From an uncultured Clostridia bacterium (lineage in GTDB: Bacteria; Bacillota; Clostridia; UBA1381; UMGS1253): a stretch of DNA of 64,000 nucleotides. The stretch spans positions 106 to 64,105 of the forward strand of contig CAKSHB010000005.1 in assembly GCA_934456295.1 (NCBI GenBank), read 5' to 3'. The notes beneath the pieces are model-generated. The model did not search any database, was not told the origin of the DNA, and worked only from the letters and a program-made list of their open reading frames with translations. Below are positions 18,730 through 28,510 of this stretch, piece by piece (position 1 is the stretch's first letter; each line of letters starts with the position of its first letter). The position numbers and the translations under genes were made by a program.

Positions 18730-20007
18730 ATGGTAAGAGCAGTAGTTGGTGCAAACTGGGGCGACGAAGGCAAGGGCAAGATTACAGACATGCTTGCAAA
18801 AGACGCCGATATTGTAATAAGATTTCAGGGCGGTGCAAACGCAGGACATACTATCGTAAACGACTACGGCAAATTTGCGCTTCATCTTCTTCCGTCAGGT
18901 TCGTTTAATTCAAACGTTATAAACATGATTGGCAATGGTGTTGCGCTTGATATAGACAGACTTTTCAGCGAGATAAACGATATTGTGAACCGCGGCGTGC
19001 CAAAGCCCAACATCGTAATATCAGAAAGAGCGCAGGTTCTTATGCCCTATCATGTGCTTCTTGACACATATGAAGAAGAAAGACTGTCGGACAGAAAGTT
19101 TGGCTCGACAAAGTCTGGTATTGCGCCTTTTTATTCAGACAAATTTGCAAAAATCGGTTTTCAGGTATGGGAGCTTTTGCAGAGCGATGATTTGCTCTAT
19201 GAAAAGGCAAAAAACGTGCTTGAAATAAAAAATCTGATAATTGAACATGTGTACCACAAACCCCGCATCGACCTTGATGAGTTTTTTGAAACACTCAAAC
19301 GCTACAGAGAAATTGTAAAGCCTTATGTTATAAATTCGGTTGAGTTTATTCATAACGCTATAAAAGAAGGCAAAAACATTCTGCTTGAAGGTCAGCTCGG
19401 TTCGCTCAAAGACCCTGACTTCGGCATATACCCGTTTACGACCTCATCTCATACACTCGCAGGCTACGGCGCTTGCGGCGCAGGCATACCGCCATATGAA
19501 ATCAAAGATATTATAACCGTTGTAAAGGCATATTCCTCCGCTGTCGGAGCAGGTGCGTTCGTTTCCGAAATTTTCGGCGATGAGGCTGACGAGCTTCGCA
19601 GAAGAGGCGGTGACGGCGGCGAATACGGCGCAACTACTGGCAGACCGAGAAGAATGGGCTGGTTTGACTGTGTAGCGTCAAGATACGGCTGCATGGTCCA
19701 GGGAACGACACAGGTTGCGTTTACGGTGCTTGACGTTTTGGGATATCTGGACGAAATTCCCGTATGCGTTGCGTATGAATATGACGGCAAAACAACAAAG
19801 GAATTTCCGACAACTGACAAGCTTAATATTGCAAAACCTGTACTTAAAACAATGAAGGGCTGGAAATGTGACATAAGGGGAATAAAAAAATATGAAGACC
19901 TTCCCGAAAATTGCAGAAAGTACATTGAGTTTGTTGAGAGCGAAATCGGATATCCGATTAAGATTGTTTCAATCGGTCCCGGCAGAGATGATATAATTTA
20001 CAGATAA
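18730..20007 (+). CDS. purA: Adenylosuccinate synthase
   Basis: GANWGDEGKGK P-loop, GGANAGHT, GTTGRPRR. ATG 18730 behind GAAAGGTGG. Confidence 0.95.
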   Translation: MVRAVVGANWGDEGKGKITDMLAKDADIVIRFQGGANAGHTIVNDYGKFALHLLPSGSFNSNVINMIGNGVALDIDRLFSEINDIVNRGVPKPNIVISERAQVLMPYHVLLDTYEEERLSDRKFGSTKSGIAPFYSDKFAKIGFQVWELLQSDDLLYEKAKNVLEIKNLIIEHVYHKPRIDLDEFFETLKRYREIVKPYVINSVEFIHNAIKEGKNILLEGQLGSLKDPDFGIYPFTTSSHTLAGYGACGAGIPPYEIKDIITVVKAYSSAVGAGAFVSEIFGDEADELRRRGGDGGEYGATTGRPRRMGWFDCVASRYGCMVQGTTQVAFTVLDVLGYLDEIPVCVAYEYDGKTTKEFPTTDKLNIAKPVLKTMKGWKCDIRGIKKYEDLPENCRKYIEFVESEIGYPIKIVSIGPGRDDIIYR

Positions 20008-20020
20008 TATATTGCAATAC

Positions 20021-20052
20021 AAAAGCCGCAGTCTGCTGAACTGCGGCTTTTT
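20021..20052. terminator. Bidirectional terminator between purA and thiN
   Basis: AAAAGCCGCAG-tctgctgaa-CTGCGGCTTTTT. Confidence 0.7.
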
Positions 20053-20063
20053 ATGTAGCTATA

Positions 20064-20696
20064 CTATTCATTTTTAAGATATTTAAGCGGTGTATATATA
20101 ACAAGCGCACTTCCGCTGCCTATATTTACGCCGGCTTTCTCCTTTGTAAAGAAATTGCTTATCCCCATACTCGCATTTGTAAGCGGCGCATGCTCAAGCG
20201 GATAGCCGAGATTTTCGGTCGTTATGTCCTTCGCCTCAGGAAACGGGATTATCGAAAGCAAATCGCCGCTGCTGCCGCAGATTTCAATTTTTCCGCTCAC
20301 GAAAAGCGTCGTCGATGTGCCGTCAAAAATACTGCCGCAGACTCCCGATTTCTCAATCGTTCTGAGCAGATATATGTTCGCCAGCGTGTGGTCAAGCCTT
20401 CCGCCGGTTGATGCAAGAAACAGTATCTCGCCGGCGCCATGTTTACATGCATATTTTACGGCAATTTCGCTGTCTGTGTAATCCTTCTCCGGCGGATATT
20501 CAATAATGTTTTTGCAATGTATCTTTTCACGCGAATATGAGTCAAAATCTCCCAGTACAACATCGGGTTTTATGCCCATACATTCGGCATACAAATACCC
20601 TCGGTCGGCACATATTATCATGTCACCGTCTTTTATTTCCGCCCTTGCGCGCTCAATGCTGCCTATTTCGCCTCCGCATATTATAACCGCTCTCAC
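20064..20696 (-). CDS. thiN: Thiamine diphosphokinase
   Basis: ICADRG, LGDFDS and the RLDHTLAN motif. Conserved position after rpe. Confidence 0.85.
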   Translation of the reverse strand: MRAVIICGGEIGSIERARAEIKDGDMIICADRGYLYAECMGIKPDVVLGDFDSYSREKIHCKNIIEYPPEKDYTDSEIAVKYACKHGAGEILFLASTGGRLDHTLANIYLLRTIEKSGVCGSIFDGTSTTLFVSGKIEICGSSGDLLSIIPFPEAKDITTENLGYPLEHAPLTNASMGISNFFTKEKAGVNIGSGSALVIYTPLKYLKNE

Positions 20697-21355
20697 AATC
20701 TCGCCTCCGCGCTGTTGGCAAGTTTTACAAATTTTTTGGTCTGTGCCTCTATGTTATCCGCCCCAAAAATTGCGCTTCCTGCCACAACGGTATTTGCACC
20801 CATTTCTATCACATGTTCAAGATTTGACAGCTTGACTCCGCCGTCAACCGATATATCAAGCGCAGGGTGGGCAAGCTTTTTTACCTGTCTGAGCTTTTCA
20901 TCGGCACAGTCCAGATAGCCCTGACCGCCGAACCCCGGCTCCACCGACATCACAAGCGCCATATCAAGCACGGGAATTATGTCGGCAATTTCGCTCACCT
21001 TTGTTGACGGCTTTATGGAAACACCCGCTTTTTTGCCGAAGTCCTTTATCATCTCAACACAGCCCGGCAAATCGTCCGTTGCCTCGGCATGCACGGTAAT
21101 AATATCCGCTCCGGCACATGCAAACTGCTCTATGTAGCGTTCGGGTCTGTCTATCATGAGATGCACATCAAACACAAGATTGCTCTTCTTTCGTATGCTC
21201 TCGATTACAACAGGTCCGATTGATATATTCGGCACAAATATGCCGTCCATTACATCAATGTGCAGATATTGTGCTCCTCCCTTTTTTACGGCGCTGATTT
21301 CTTTTTCCAGGCATGAAAAATCTGCCGACAAAATCGACGGTGCAATTTTTATCAT
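20693..21355 (-). CDS. rpe: Ribulose-phosphate 3-epimerase
   Basis: APSILSADF, HIDVMDG, HLM, MSVEPGFGGQ. Confidence 0.95.
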   Translation of the reverse strand: MIKIAPSILSADFSCLEKEISAVKKGGAQYLHIDVMDGIFVPNISIGPVVIESIRKKSNLVFDVHLMIDRPERYIEQFACAGADIITVHAEATDDLPGCVEMIKDFGKKAGVSIKPSTKVSEIADIIPVLDMALVMSVEPGFGGQGYLDCADEKLRQVKKLAHPALDISVDGGVKLSNLEHVIEMGANTVVAGSAIFGADNIEAQTKKFVKLANSAEARL

Positions 21356-21410
21356 TTTTATAACCCTTTCTCTGTATGTTAATTATATGGATGTCTGTGA
21401 ACCTGCGGTA

Positions 21411-22274
21411 TCACAGCTCCCATTCCTTCACCTTTTTAAGCTCATTATACATGCTCACATAGCTTTCATGCCGCTCGTGCGATATCTCTCCGCGCTCAAC
21501 CGCCTCGATAACTCCGCACCCCGGCTCGCTCACATGCGCACACCCTCTGAACCTGCATTTATCGGTATACGGCTCAAATTCGATAAAATATCCTGCCAAC
21601 TCATCGGCGCGGATTTTCGGCATTTCAAAGCTTGAAAATCCGGGTGTATCAAGCACATATGTGTCCTTTTCAAGCTCAAGCAGCTCCACATGGCGCGTTG
21701 TATGCCGTCCGCGCCTGATTTTTTCGCTGACGCTTCCCGTTTCAAGCTCATATGATACTCCGAGAGCATTCAGAAGGCTCGATTTCCCGACTCCCGAATT
21801 TCCTGCAAACGCTGTTATTTTGCCGCGCAGAAGGGCGCGCAGTTCTTCTATGCCCTCTCCGCTTTCAACGCTTGTTATGACAACACGGTATCCGGCGTTC
21901 CTGTATATGTCGATAAGCTTCTGCGAATGATGCAAATCCGCCTTATTAAAGCACAAAACCGTATCAAGTCCGCTGTATCTGCCTATTATCAAAAAGCTGT
22001 CAATCAGCGCCATGTGCGGATCGGGTGAGCGCAGCGCAGTCACCACGGCAAGCTGGTTTATGTTTGCCGCCGCAGGGCGCACAAGCATTGAGCTTCTCTC
22101 GCATATGTTCTCAATGCTGCCCTTTCCGTCCTTTATTTCAAGCTCCACACGATCGCCCACCATCGGCACAATTTTATCCTTGCGGAACTTTCCTCTCGCT
22201 TTGCACTCATATACTTCATTGCCCGATTTTACATAGTAAAATCCGCCTATGCCTTTAATGATTACTCCGTACAG
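21411..22274 (-). CDS. rsgA: Ribosome small-subunit-dependent GTPase RsgA; start codon non-canonical or unresolved
   Basis: GNSGVGKSSL P-loop and the C-terminal Cys/His zinc motif (CRFRGCAHVSEPGC). The conserved OB-fold N-terminus GVIIKGIGGFYYV lies upstream of the first GTG (22169). The only plausible initiator after the in-frame TGA (22289-22287) is CTG 22274, 6 nt after GAGGGGGA. Confidence 0.8.
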   Translation of the reverse strand: MYGVIIKGIGGFYYVKSGNEVYECKARGKFRKDKIVPMVGDRVELEIKDGKGSIENICERSSMLVRPAAANINQLAVVTALRSPDPHMALIDSFLIIGRYSGLDTVLCFNKADLHHSQKLIDIYRNAGYRVVITSVESGEGIEELRALLRGKITAFAGNSGVGKSSLLNALGVSYELETGSVSEKIRRGRHTTRHVELLELEKDTYVLDTPGFSSFEMPKIRADELAGYFIEFEPYTDKCRFRGCAHVSEPGCGVIEAVERGEISHERHESYVSMYNELKKVKEWEL

Positions 22275-22372
22275 AAGAAATCCCCCTCAACTTTATATCT
22301 TTTAATTTTAAGCTGATTTCAAAACATCTATAAATTAAAAATTATTGTAAAAAATCGGCTTTAATATGTTGC

Positions 22373-24325
22373 CTAAAACGTTATCGTCTGTGTCCCGACA
22401 AGCACGCCGTCATGATAAATCTCAAGCGACGCACTGTTTCTGCCTGTCACGCGTATGTCGTAGGTTACCTCGCTTTTATGATGCAGACGGTTGTGTATTT
22501 CTTTTCCGTTTGCCACAACCCTTATCTGCGTTGACTCCTTATCCTGCGGCACAGGCAGCGTAATCGTCTTAACCTGTGTCTGCGGCGTCGGTTCAACGGT
22601 CGGCGTTGGTGTGGCAGTAATACCCTTGCTCACCGTGAGCGACACTGCGCTCTTTTTCTCTGCCTTTCTTCCCGACGATGGGCTCTGCCTTATCACAGTA
22701 CCGACCGATTGCTCAGACTCCTCCTCGGCAACATTTCCGACAACAAGCCCTGCATTTTCAATATCGTTTTTCGCCTGGGCAAGCGATTTGCCGATTACAT
22801 TAGGCACATCGGTTTCCTCTTTTTCCTTTTTAACCGAAACATACAGCCTTATTGTTTCGTTTGCTTTTGCCGCTGTTCCTGCCGACGGCGACTGGCGTAT
22901 TACTGTATTTTCCGAGGTATTTTCACTTTCCTCCTCAGTAATCACTGCCTTAAATCCCGCCTTTTCAAGAATTGTTACAGCATTGTCCTTATCATAGCTT
23001 ACAACGTTTGGCACAGTCAGCTCTCCGTCAAGTCCCGAACTGATTTTCACACGGATTTTTGCACCCTTTTTTACGCTCCGTCCGGCTGCCGGTTCCTGTG
23101 ATATTACAACGTCTTTTTCATACTGTGCCGACGCTATCTGCTCTTCAATCTCTATCCCCAGCTTTGCATCGCTTAAAAGCTGTGTTGCCTCCTCAAGGCT
23201 CTTTCCTTCAACATTCGGCACAAAGGTTTCGTCCCACTGTGACGTTCCGAAGCCGCCGAACATCGATATAAGCATAAATGCAATCGCAATCAGCAATATT
23301 CCCGCCGCAACAGCTGCCATCCACACCATACGCTTTTCACTTTTTGTGAACGGTGTCTTGGTCTTTTTTGAATTTGTCTTTCTTAAATCCGTTTTTTTCT
23401 TTTGCAAATCATGTGCACCTCTGCGGTGATGTATCTCTCCCTCCGGCATTATCACGCGTGTCGAATCACTATCGGGCGCAGCCGATGCCGCTCTGTTTGA
23501 CAGCGCATTGTTCAAATCCGCCACCATTTCTCCTGCACTCTGATAACGTCCGTTCTGCTCCTTACAAATCGCCTTCATCACAATTTTTTCAATACTTTCG
23601 GGTATATCCGGATTTATAAGACGCGGATCCATCGCCTTCTGCGACATATGCATCATTGCAATTGACACGGCGCTGTCCGCGTCAAACGGAACCTTCCCCG
23701 TCAGCATTTCATACAGCGTTATGCCGGCTGAATATATATCCGACTTTTCATCGGTATATCCGCCGCGTGCCTGCTCGGGCGAAAGATAATGCGCAGAGCC
23801 GATTACCGTATCGTCCGCCACCATTGTCGAGCCTGTGGCAGCGCGTGCTATACCGAAATCGGTTACCTTTGCAATTCCGTTTTTTGTAATAATTATATTG
23901 TGCGGCTTTATGTCGCGGTGTATTATGCCCTGTTTGTGCGCACATTCCAGCGCCGAACATATCTGCGCCGCATATCCTGCCGCCTCACGCCATCCGAGTG
24001 CACCCTTCTGTGATATATACTCCTTCAGCGTTATACCTTCGGCAAGCTCCATGACGATATAGTGTCTGCCGCTGTCAAATCCCACGTCATATACAGACAC
24101 GATGTTCGGATGCGATAAACTCGCCGCCGCCTGTGCCTCAACCTCAAAACGGCGCAGAAATTCGCTGTCATCGGAAAATTCTCTTTTCAAAACCTTTACG
24201 GCTACAAGCCTGTTCAAAAGACGGCACTTTGCCTTATATACATCTGCCATACCGCCGGTTCCGATTTTTGCTATTATCTCATATCTTCCGCCCAAAAGCG
24301 TTCCGATTTGTATATTTCCGTTCAT
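22373..24325 (-). CDS. prkC: Ser/Thr protein kinase with three PASTA repeats (PrkC/Stk1 type)
   Basis: Kinase motifs (GTGGMADVYKA, HRDIKPHN, DFG). One TM segment. Three PASTA-like repeats (PNVEGKS..., PNVVSYD..., PNVIGKS...). Confidence 0.9.
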   Translation of the reverse strand: MNGNIQIGTLLGGRYEIIAKIGTGGMADVYKAKCRLLNRLVAVKVLKREFSDDSEFLRRFEVEAQAAASLSHPNIVSVYDVGFDSGRHYIVMELAEGITLKEYISQKGALGWREAAGYAAQICSALECAHKQGIIHRDIKPHNIIITKNGIAKVTDFGIARAATGSTMVADDTVIGSAHYLSPEQARGGYTDEKSDIYSAGITLYEMLTGKVPFDADSAVSIAMMHMSQKAMDPRLINPDIPESIEKIVMKAICKEQNGRYQSAGEMVADLNNALSNRAASAAPDSDSTRVIMPEGEIHHRRGAHDLQKKKTDLRKTNSKKTKTPFTKSEKRMVWMAAVAAGILLIAIAFMLISMFGGFGTSQWDETFVPNVEGKSLEEATQLLSDAKLGIEIEEQIASAQYEKDVVISQEPAAGRSVKKGAKIRVKISSGLDGELTVPNVVSYDKDNAVTILEKAGFKAVITEEESENTSENTVIRQSPSAGTAAKANETIRLYVSVKKEKEETDVPNVIGKSLAQAKNDIENAGLVVGNVAEEESEQSVGTVIRQSPSSGRKAEKKSAVSLTVSKGITATPTPTVEPTPQTQVKTITLPVPQDKESTQIRVVANGKEIHNRLHHKSEVTYDIRVTGRNSASLEIYHDGVLVGTQTITF

Positions 24326-24368
24326 TTTTTAACCATTCCTTTCATCAGTCAAATCAAATGAAGCTATG

Positions 24369-25109
24369 TCACAAATTATGTCCGTCATCTGAGGCAAGAA
24401 CCACCGTTATATTGTCCTCGCCGCCTGCGTCATTTGCCGTCTGTATCAATCTTTCCGCCTTTTCTGTGAGCGGTATGTCTTTTGAGAGTATCTCCTCCAT
24501 ACACTCACGTGAAACTTTGTTGCTCAAGCCGTCCGAACATACAAGAATTGTTTCTCCGTTATAGGCGCATGTGTTTATATCGGGGAAAATATCCGCCGAA
24601 GAGCCGACTGCCTGCATTATAATGTTTTTCTGCGGATGATTTTGAGCCTCCTGCTCGCTTATCTCTCCCGTATCAACAAGATGCTGCACATATGACTGGT
24701 CTTTCGTAAGCGCCTCCGCGCCTTTTTGGGATACAAGGTACGCTCTGCTGTCGCCGACGTTTAACACTGTAACTCTTTTGTCCGTAACTGCCGCAATAAC
24801 GAGCGTTGTACCCATACCGCTGAGCTTTTCGTCCTTCAGCGATTTTTGCCATATTTCCGAATTTGCCAGCTTGCAGCATGAGTTAAGCAGCGATGTCAGC
24901 ACACTCTCGCTCATTGCGCGCTCATATTCGCTCTCAATCATACCGCGCACACACTCCGCGGCAAGTCTGCTTGCCGTTTGTCCTCCGTTATGTCCGCCCA
25001 TTCCGTCTGCGACAATCAGAAAAGCCGCGTCCTTATATATGAACGCATCGCAGCTGTCCTGATTTTCGCCGCGCATTTTTCCCGTATCGCTTCTGCAAAC
25101 CAAATTCAC
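24369..25109 (-). CDS. stp: PP2C-family Ser/Thr phosphatase
   Basis: SDTGKMRGENQD, VADGMGGH, GGEDNITV. GTG start behind GGAGGGG. Confidence 0.9.
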   Translation of the reverse strand: MNLVCRSDTGKMRGENQDSCDAFIYKDAAFLIVADGMGGHNGGQTASRLAAECVRGMIESEYERAMSESVLTSLLNSCCKLANSEIWQKSLKDEKLSGMGTTLVIAAVTDKRVTVLNVGDSRAYLVSQKGAEALTKDQSYVQHLVDTGEISEQEAQNHPQKNIIMQAVGSSADIFPDINTCAYNGETILVCSDGLSNKVSRECMEEILSKDIPLTEKAERLIQTANDAGGEDNITVVLASDDGHNL

Positions 25110-25190
25110 ACATATCCCCTCCTGTCTGTCACATATGTCTTTATATGATTTTTTACCGTTTGTATTTAATTTTTTTATATTTTTGCCTCA

Positions 25191-26219
25191 TTACAGCCTT
25201 TTCTGCCTGAGCTGTCCGCATGAAGCGGATATATCCGACCCAAGCTCGCGCCGCACCGTGGCAGTTATTCCATTTTTCTCAAGCGCCCCGATAAACTTTT
25301 TTATCGACTGCGCATTGCTCTTTTTATATGAACGTTCTTTAACGTTATTTACCGGTATCAGATTTACATGACACATAATTCCGCCTATGCGCTCCGCAAG
25401 CTCGCGCGCATTTTCTTCGCTGTCGTTTACCCCGTCAATCATTGCATATTCAAACGAAATGCGTCTTGTTGTAACCGACTGATATTTTTTACATGCGTCT
25501 ATCAATTCATCTATTTTCCAGCGCTTATTTACCGGCATCATGCTGTTTCGTATTTCGTCATTCGGCGCATGCAGCGATATGGAAAGTGTAATCGGAATGT
25601 TCATCTGTGAAAGCTTTTCAATCCCGTCAACAACGCCGCACGTCGAAAGCGATATATGCCTGTAGCCGATGTTCAGTCCGCGCTCATCATTTACGTTTAT
25701 CAGAAAGCGCCTCACGTTTTCAAAATTATCCAGAGGTTCGCCTATCCCCATCATAACTATGTTGGAGATCCGCTCCCCCGTATCCTTCTGCGCCAAAAGC
25801 ACCTGCATAAGAATTTCTCCCGAGAGCAAATCGCGCTTTTTTCCGCCGATTGTCGATGCACAAAAGTTGCACCCCATGCGGCAACCTGCCTGTGACGATA
25901 TGCACACGGTTACTCCGTGATGATAATGCATAACAACCGTTTCGACGCATTCCCCGTCGTCAAATTCTATAAGGTATTTTACCGTTTCGTCTATTTTTGA
26001 TTTATATTTTTCCGCTATCCTTGCGCCCCTTATCACTGATACACCGGCAAGCTTTTCACGAAGCGTCTTTGATACATTCGTCATATCGTCAAAACTCATT
26101 GCCCCTTTTTTACAAAGCCATTCAAAAATCTGGCGCGCACGAAAACGTTTCTCGCCCATATCCGTAATAAATGTTTCGAGTTCATCATATGTAAAACTTC
26201 TCAAATCAGGCAGTGCCAT
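25191..26219 (-). CDS. rlmN: 23S rRNA/tRNA (adenine-C2)-methyltransferase RlmN (radical SAM)
   Basis: CRMGCNFCAS radical-SAM cluster motif, RFRARQIFEW N-terminus, C-terminal GSDISASCGQL. Confidence 0.95.
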   Translation of the reverse strand: MALPDLRSFTYDELETFITDMGEKRFRARQIFEWLCKKGAMSFDDMTNVSKTLREKLAGVSVIRGARIAEKYKSKIDETVKYLIEFDDGECVETVVMHYHHGVTVCISSQAGCRMGCNFCASTIGGKKRDLLSGEILMQVLLAQKDTGERISNIVMMGIGEPLDNFENVRRFLINVNDERGLNIGYRHISLSTCGVVDGIEKLSQMNIPITLSISLHAPNDEIRNSMMPVNKRWKIDELIDACKKYQSVTTRRISFEYAMIDGVNDSEENARELAERIGGIMCHVNLIPVNNVKERSYKKSNAQSIKKFIGALEKNGITATVRRELGSDISASCGQLRQKRL

Positions 26220-26340
26220 CTAAAATCTCCATTCCGCCGAGAGCTGACGCAAAAGAACGCTTTATGTTAATTTTTCTTCCGCCGCCATGTATCGGCATAA
26301 ACAGTTATTCCTTGTTTTTTAATTTTTTCTATATCATCTT

Positions 26341-27690
26341 TCATTTTCGTTTCATCTTGCAGATAAAAAATCCGTCAATTCCGTCAACATTCGGATAAAA
26401 CTGTACATATCCGCTCTTTGCCCCGTCCTTTTTATACTTCTCGGGCAAAATCTCATCAAACGGGCACATACAAAACTCCCCGTTTCTTTCCAGAAAACGC
26501 TTCACCACATCAATATTTTCCGTATGCGAAACCGTGCATGTGCTGTATACAAGCGTTCCGCCATGTTTCACATACCTTGCCCCTGCCAACAGGATTTCAT
26601 ATTGCAGCTGCGAAAGCTGTTTTTGCAGGTTTATGTCAAAACCCCATTTTATGTCCGGCTTTTTCCGTATAATTCCGAGTCCGCTGCACGGTACATCTGC
26701 CAAAACCGCGTCCGCCGCAGAGTCAAACTCCTTCATATATACTGACGAATCAGCCGTGTGCGCTTCGATTATATCTATACCGAGCCGCTTTGCATTGTTT
26801 TTTATAAGTTCGATTTTATGTTCATGTACGTCAAACGAATAAATTTTGCCCTCATTTTTCATAAGCTCGGCAATATGCGTGCTTTTTCCGCCCGGTGCGG
26901 CACATAAATCAATAACCGTGTCCCCGCTCTTCGGTCCGAGCGCCATGCAGGCAAAATATGAGCCCATTCCCTGCGGCGTAAAAAGTCCGCTGCGGTATGA
27001 TTTAAGCGCGCCTATGTCGCTGCCGCCGACAGTTAACATGTTTTCTGCGTCTGTGCGCTGTGATTTTACGTTTTCTGCCGTAAGTGTTTCTGTCAGTGCA
27101 AAGCTGTCTGTTTTCAGTCTGTTTACACGGACTGTTACCGACGGACTTTCATTTCCCGCCGCCATAAGCTCTTCGGCAAATCCGTATCCGAACTCATCAA
27201 TCCACATTTCGGCAAGCTCGTCGGGATATGAATACTCTACACAAAGACGCTCTTTTTTATCTTTCGGCAAAACAAGCGTATCTTTGCCCGATGCTACCGC
27301 ACGCAGAACCGCATTTACAAACGCCTTTGAGCGATATGCCTTTTTTGCGGCAAGCTTCACGCTCTCATCAACCGCGGCGCTGTCCGGCACACGGTCAAGC
27401 TTCATTATCTGATATATACCCATACGCAAAATCAGAAGCACGTTTAATGAAAGCTTTTTCAGCCTGACGCTCGAATAGCGCGATATAATATAATCGAGAT
27501 ACCGCCTGTATTTCACACAGCCGTACACAATCGTCGTGACAAGCCTTCTGTCAGCCTCCGCCAGACCGCTCCCGCGCAGTCCCTCTTTCAGCGCTATGTT
27601 TGAAAAAGCTTTATCATTTTCGGTTTTATACAATATATCAAATGCACACATGCGCGCATTTTTCTGCTTTTTAACGCTGCTGCCGTTCAC
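26341..27690 (-). CDS. rsmB: 16S rRNA (cytosine967-C5)-methyltransferase RsmB
   Basis: NusB-like N-domain. DLCAAPGGKS SAM motif. DVPCSGLG and YSTCT catalytic Cys motifs. Confidence 0.9.
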   Translation of the reverse strand: MNGSSVKKQKNARMCAFDILYKTENDKAFSNIALKEGLRGSGLAEADRRLVTTIVYGCVKYRRYLDYIISRYSSVRLKKLSLNVLLILRMGIYQIMKLDRVPDSAAVDESVKLAAKKAYRSKAFVNAVLRAVASGKDTLVLPKDKKERLCVEYSYPDELAEMWIDEFGYGFAEELMAAGNESPSVTVRVNRLKTDSFALTETLTAENVKSQRTDAENMLTVGGSDIGALKSYRSGLFTPQGMGSYFACMALGPKSGDTVIDLCAAPGGKSTHIAELMKNEGKIYSFDVHEHKIELIKNNAKRLGIDIIEAHTADSSVYMKEFDSAADAVLADVPCSGLGIIRKKPDIKWGFDINLQKQLSQLQYEILLAGARYVKHGGTLVYSTCTVSHTENIDVVKRFLERNGEFCMCPFDEILPEKYKKDGAKSGYVQFYPNVDGIDGFFICKMKRK

Positions 27691-27741
27691 TTACGAACTC
27701 CTTTCGGCTTTTGTCCTTCAAATATACTTTATACACATGCT

Positions 27742-28440
27742 TTAGTCGCGGCGTCTGCCGAACAGCGCCAGTATACGAAGAAAACTTCCGAGTGCGGCAA
27801 GTGTTGAAGCAATATATGTCATTGCCGCAGCGCTCAGTACCTTTTTTGCACCCTCATTCTCCTGCGCAGTCAAAATGCCGTATTCGTCAAGCGTTTTTAT
27901 CGCACGTCTGCTTGCGTTAAACTCCACAGGCAATGTCACAAGCGAGAAAAGCACAACCGCGCTGTAGAGTATAATTGCCAAATCTATAAGTCCGCCAAAC
28001 TCCAGAATTGCGCCCAGTATAACCATCGGAACGGCTATATATGACGAAAAATTCGCCACAGGCACAAGCGCATTTCTTATCTTAATCGGGAAATATCCCG
28101 CTGCATGCTGCGCCGCATGTCCGGCCTCATGTGCGGCAACGCCTATTGCGGCAACAGAGGTCGAATTGTATACGCTTTCCGACAGCCGTATTGTGTTCGT
28201 GCGCGGATCATAATGGTCCGTAAGCTCTCCGCCGACGCGCTCAACCGAAACATCGCTCTGACCGTTTTTATCAAGTATCATGCGCGTTACCTGCGACGCC
28301 GTGAGAGAGCGTGAGTTTGTATATTCGGAATATTTGCCAAATGTTGTTTTTACCCTTATGCTTGCCCATATCGATATCATAAGCGGTATCAGTACATATA
28401 TAAAATATGTGCTGTCATAGTATGGATAATATATCGGCAT
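27742..28440 (-). CDS. Membrane zinc metallopeptidase (Zn_peptidase_2 type)
   Basis: HEAGHAAQH zinc motif flanked by TM segments. Confidence 0.8.
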   Translation of the reverse strand: MPIYYPYYDSTYFIYVLIPLMISIWASIRVKTTFGKYSEYTNSRSLTASQVTRMILDKNGQSDVSVERVGGELTDHYDPRTNTIRLSESVYNSTSVAAIGVAAHEAGHAAQHAAGYFPIKIRNALVPVANFSSYIAVPMVILGAILEFGGLIDLAIILYSAVVLFSLVTLPVEFNASRRAIKTLDEYGILTAQENEGAKKVLSAAAMTYIASTLAALGSFLRILALFGRRRD

Positions 28441-28510
28441 AAAACCATTCCTTTCTGTTTTCAGACATCACTGCCGCCATGCATGGCTTTTTCTTATCAT
28501 TTTTCAAGCA

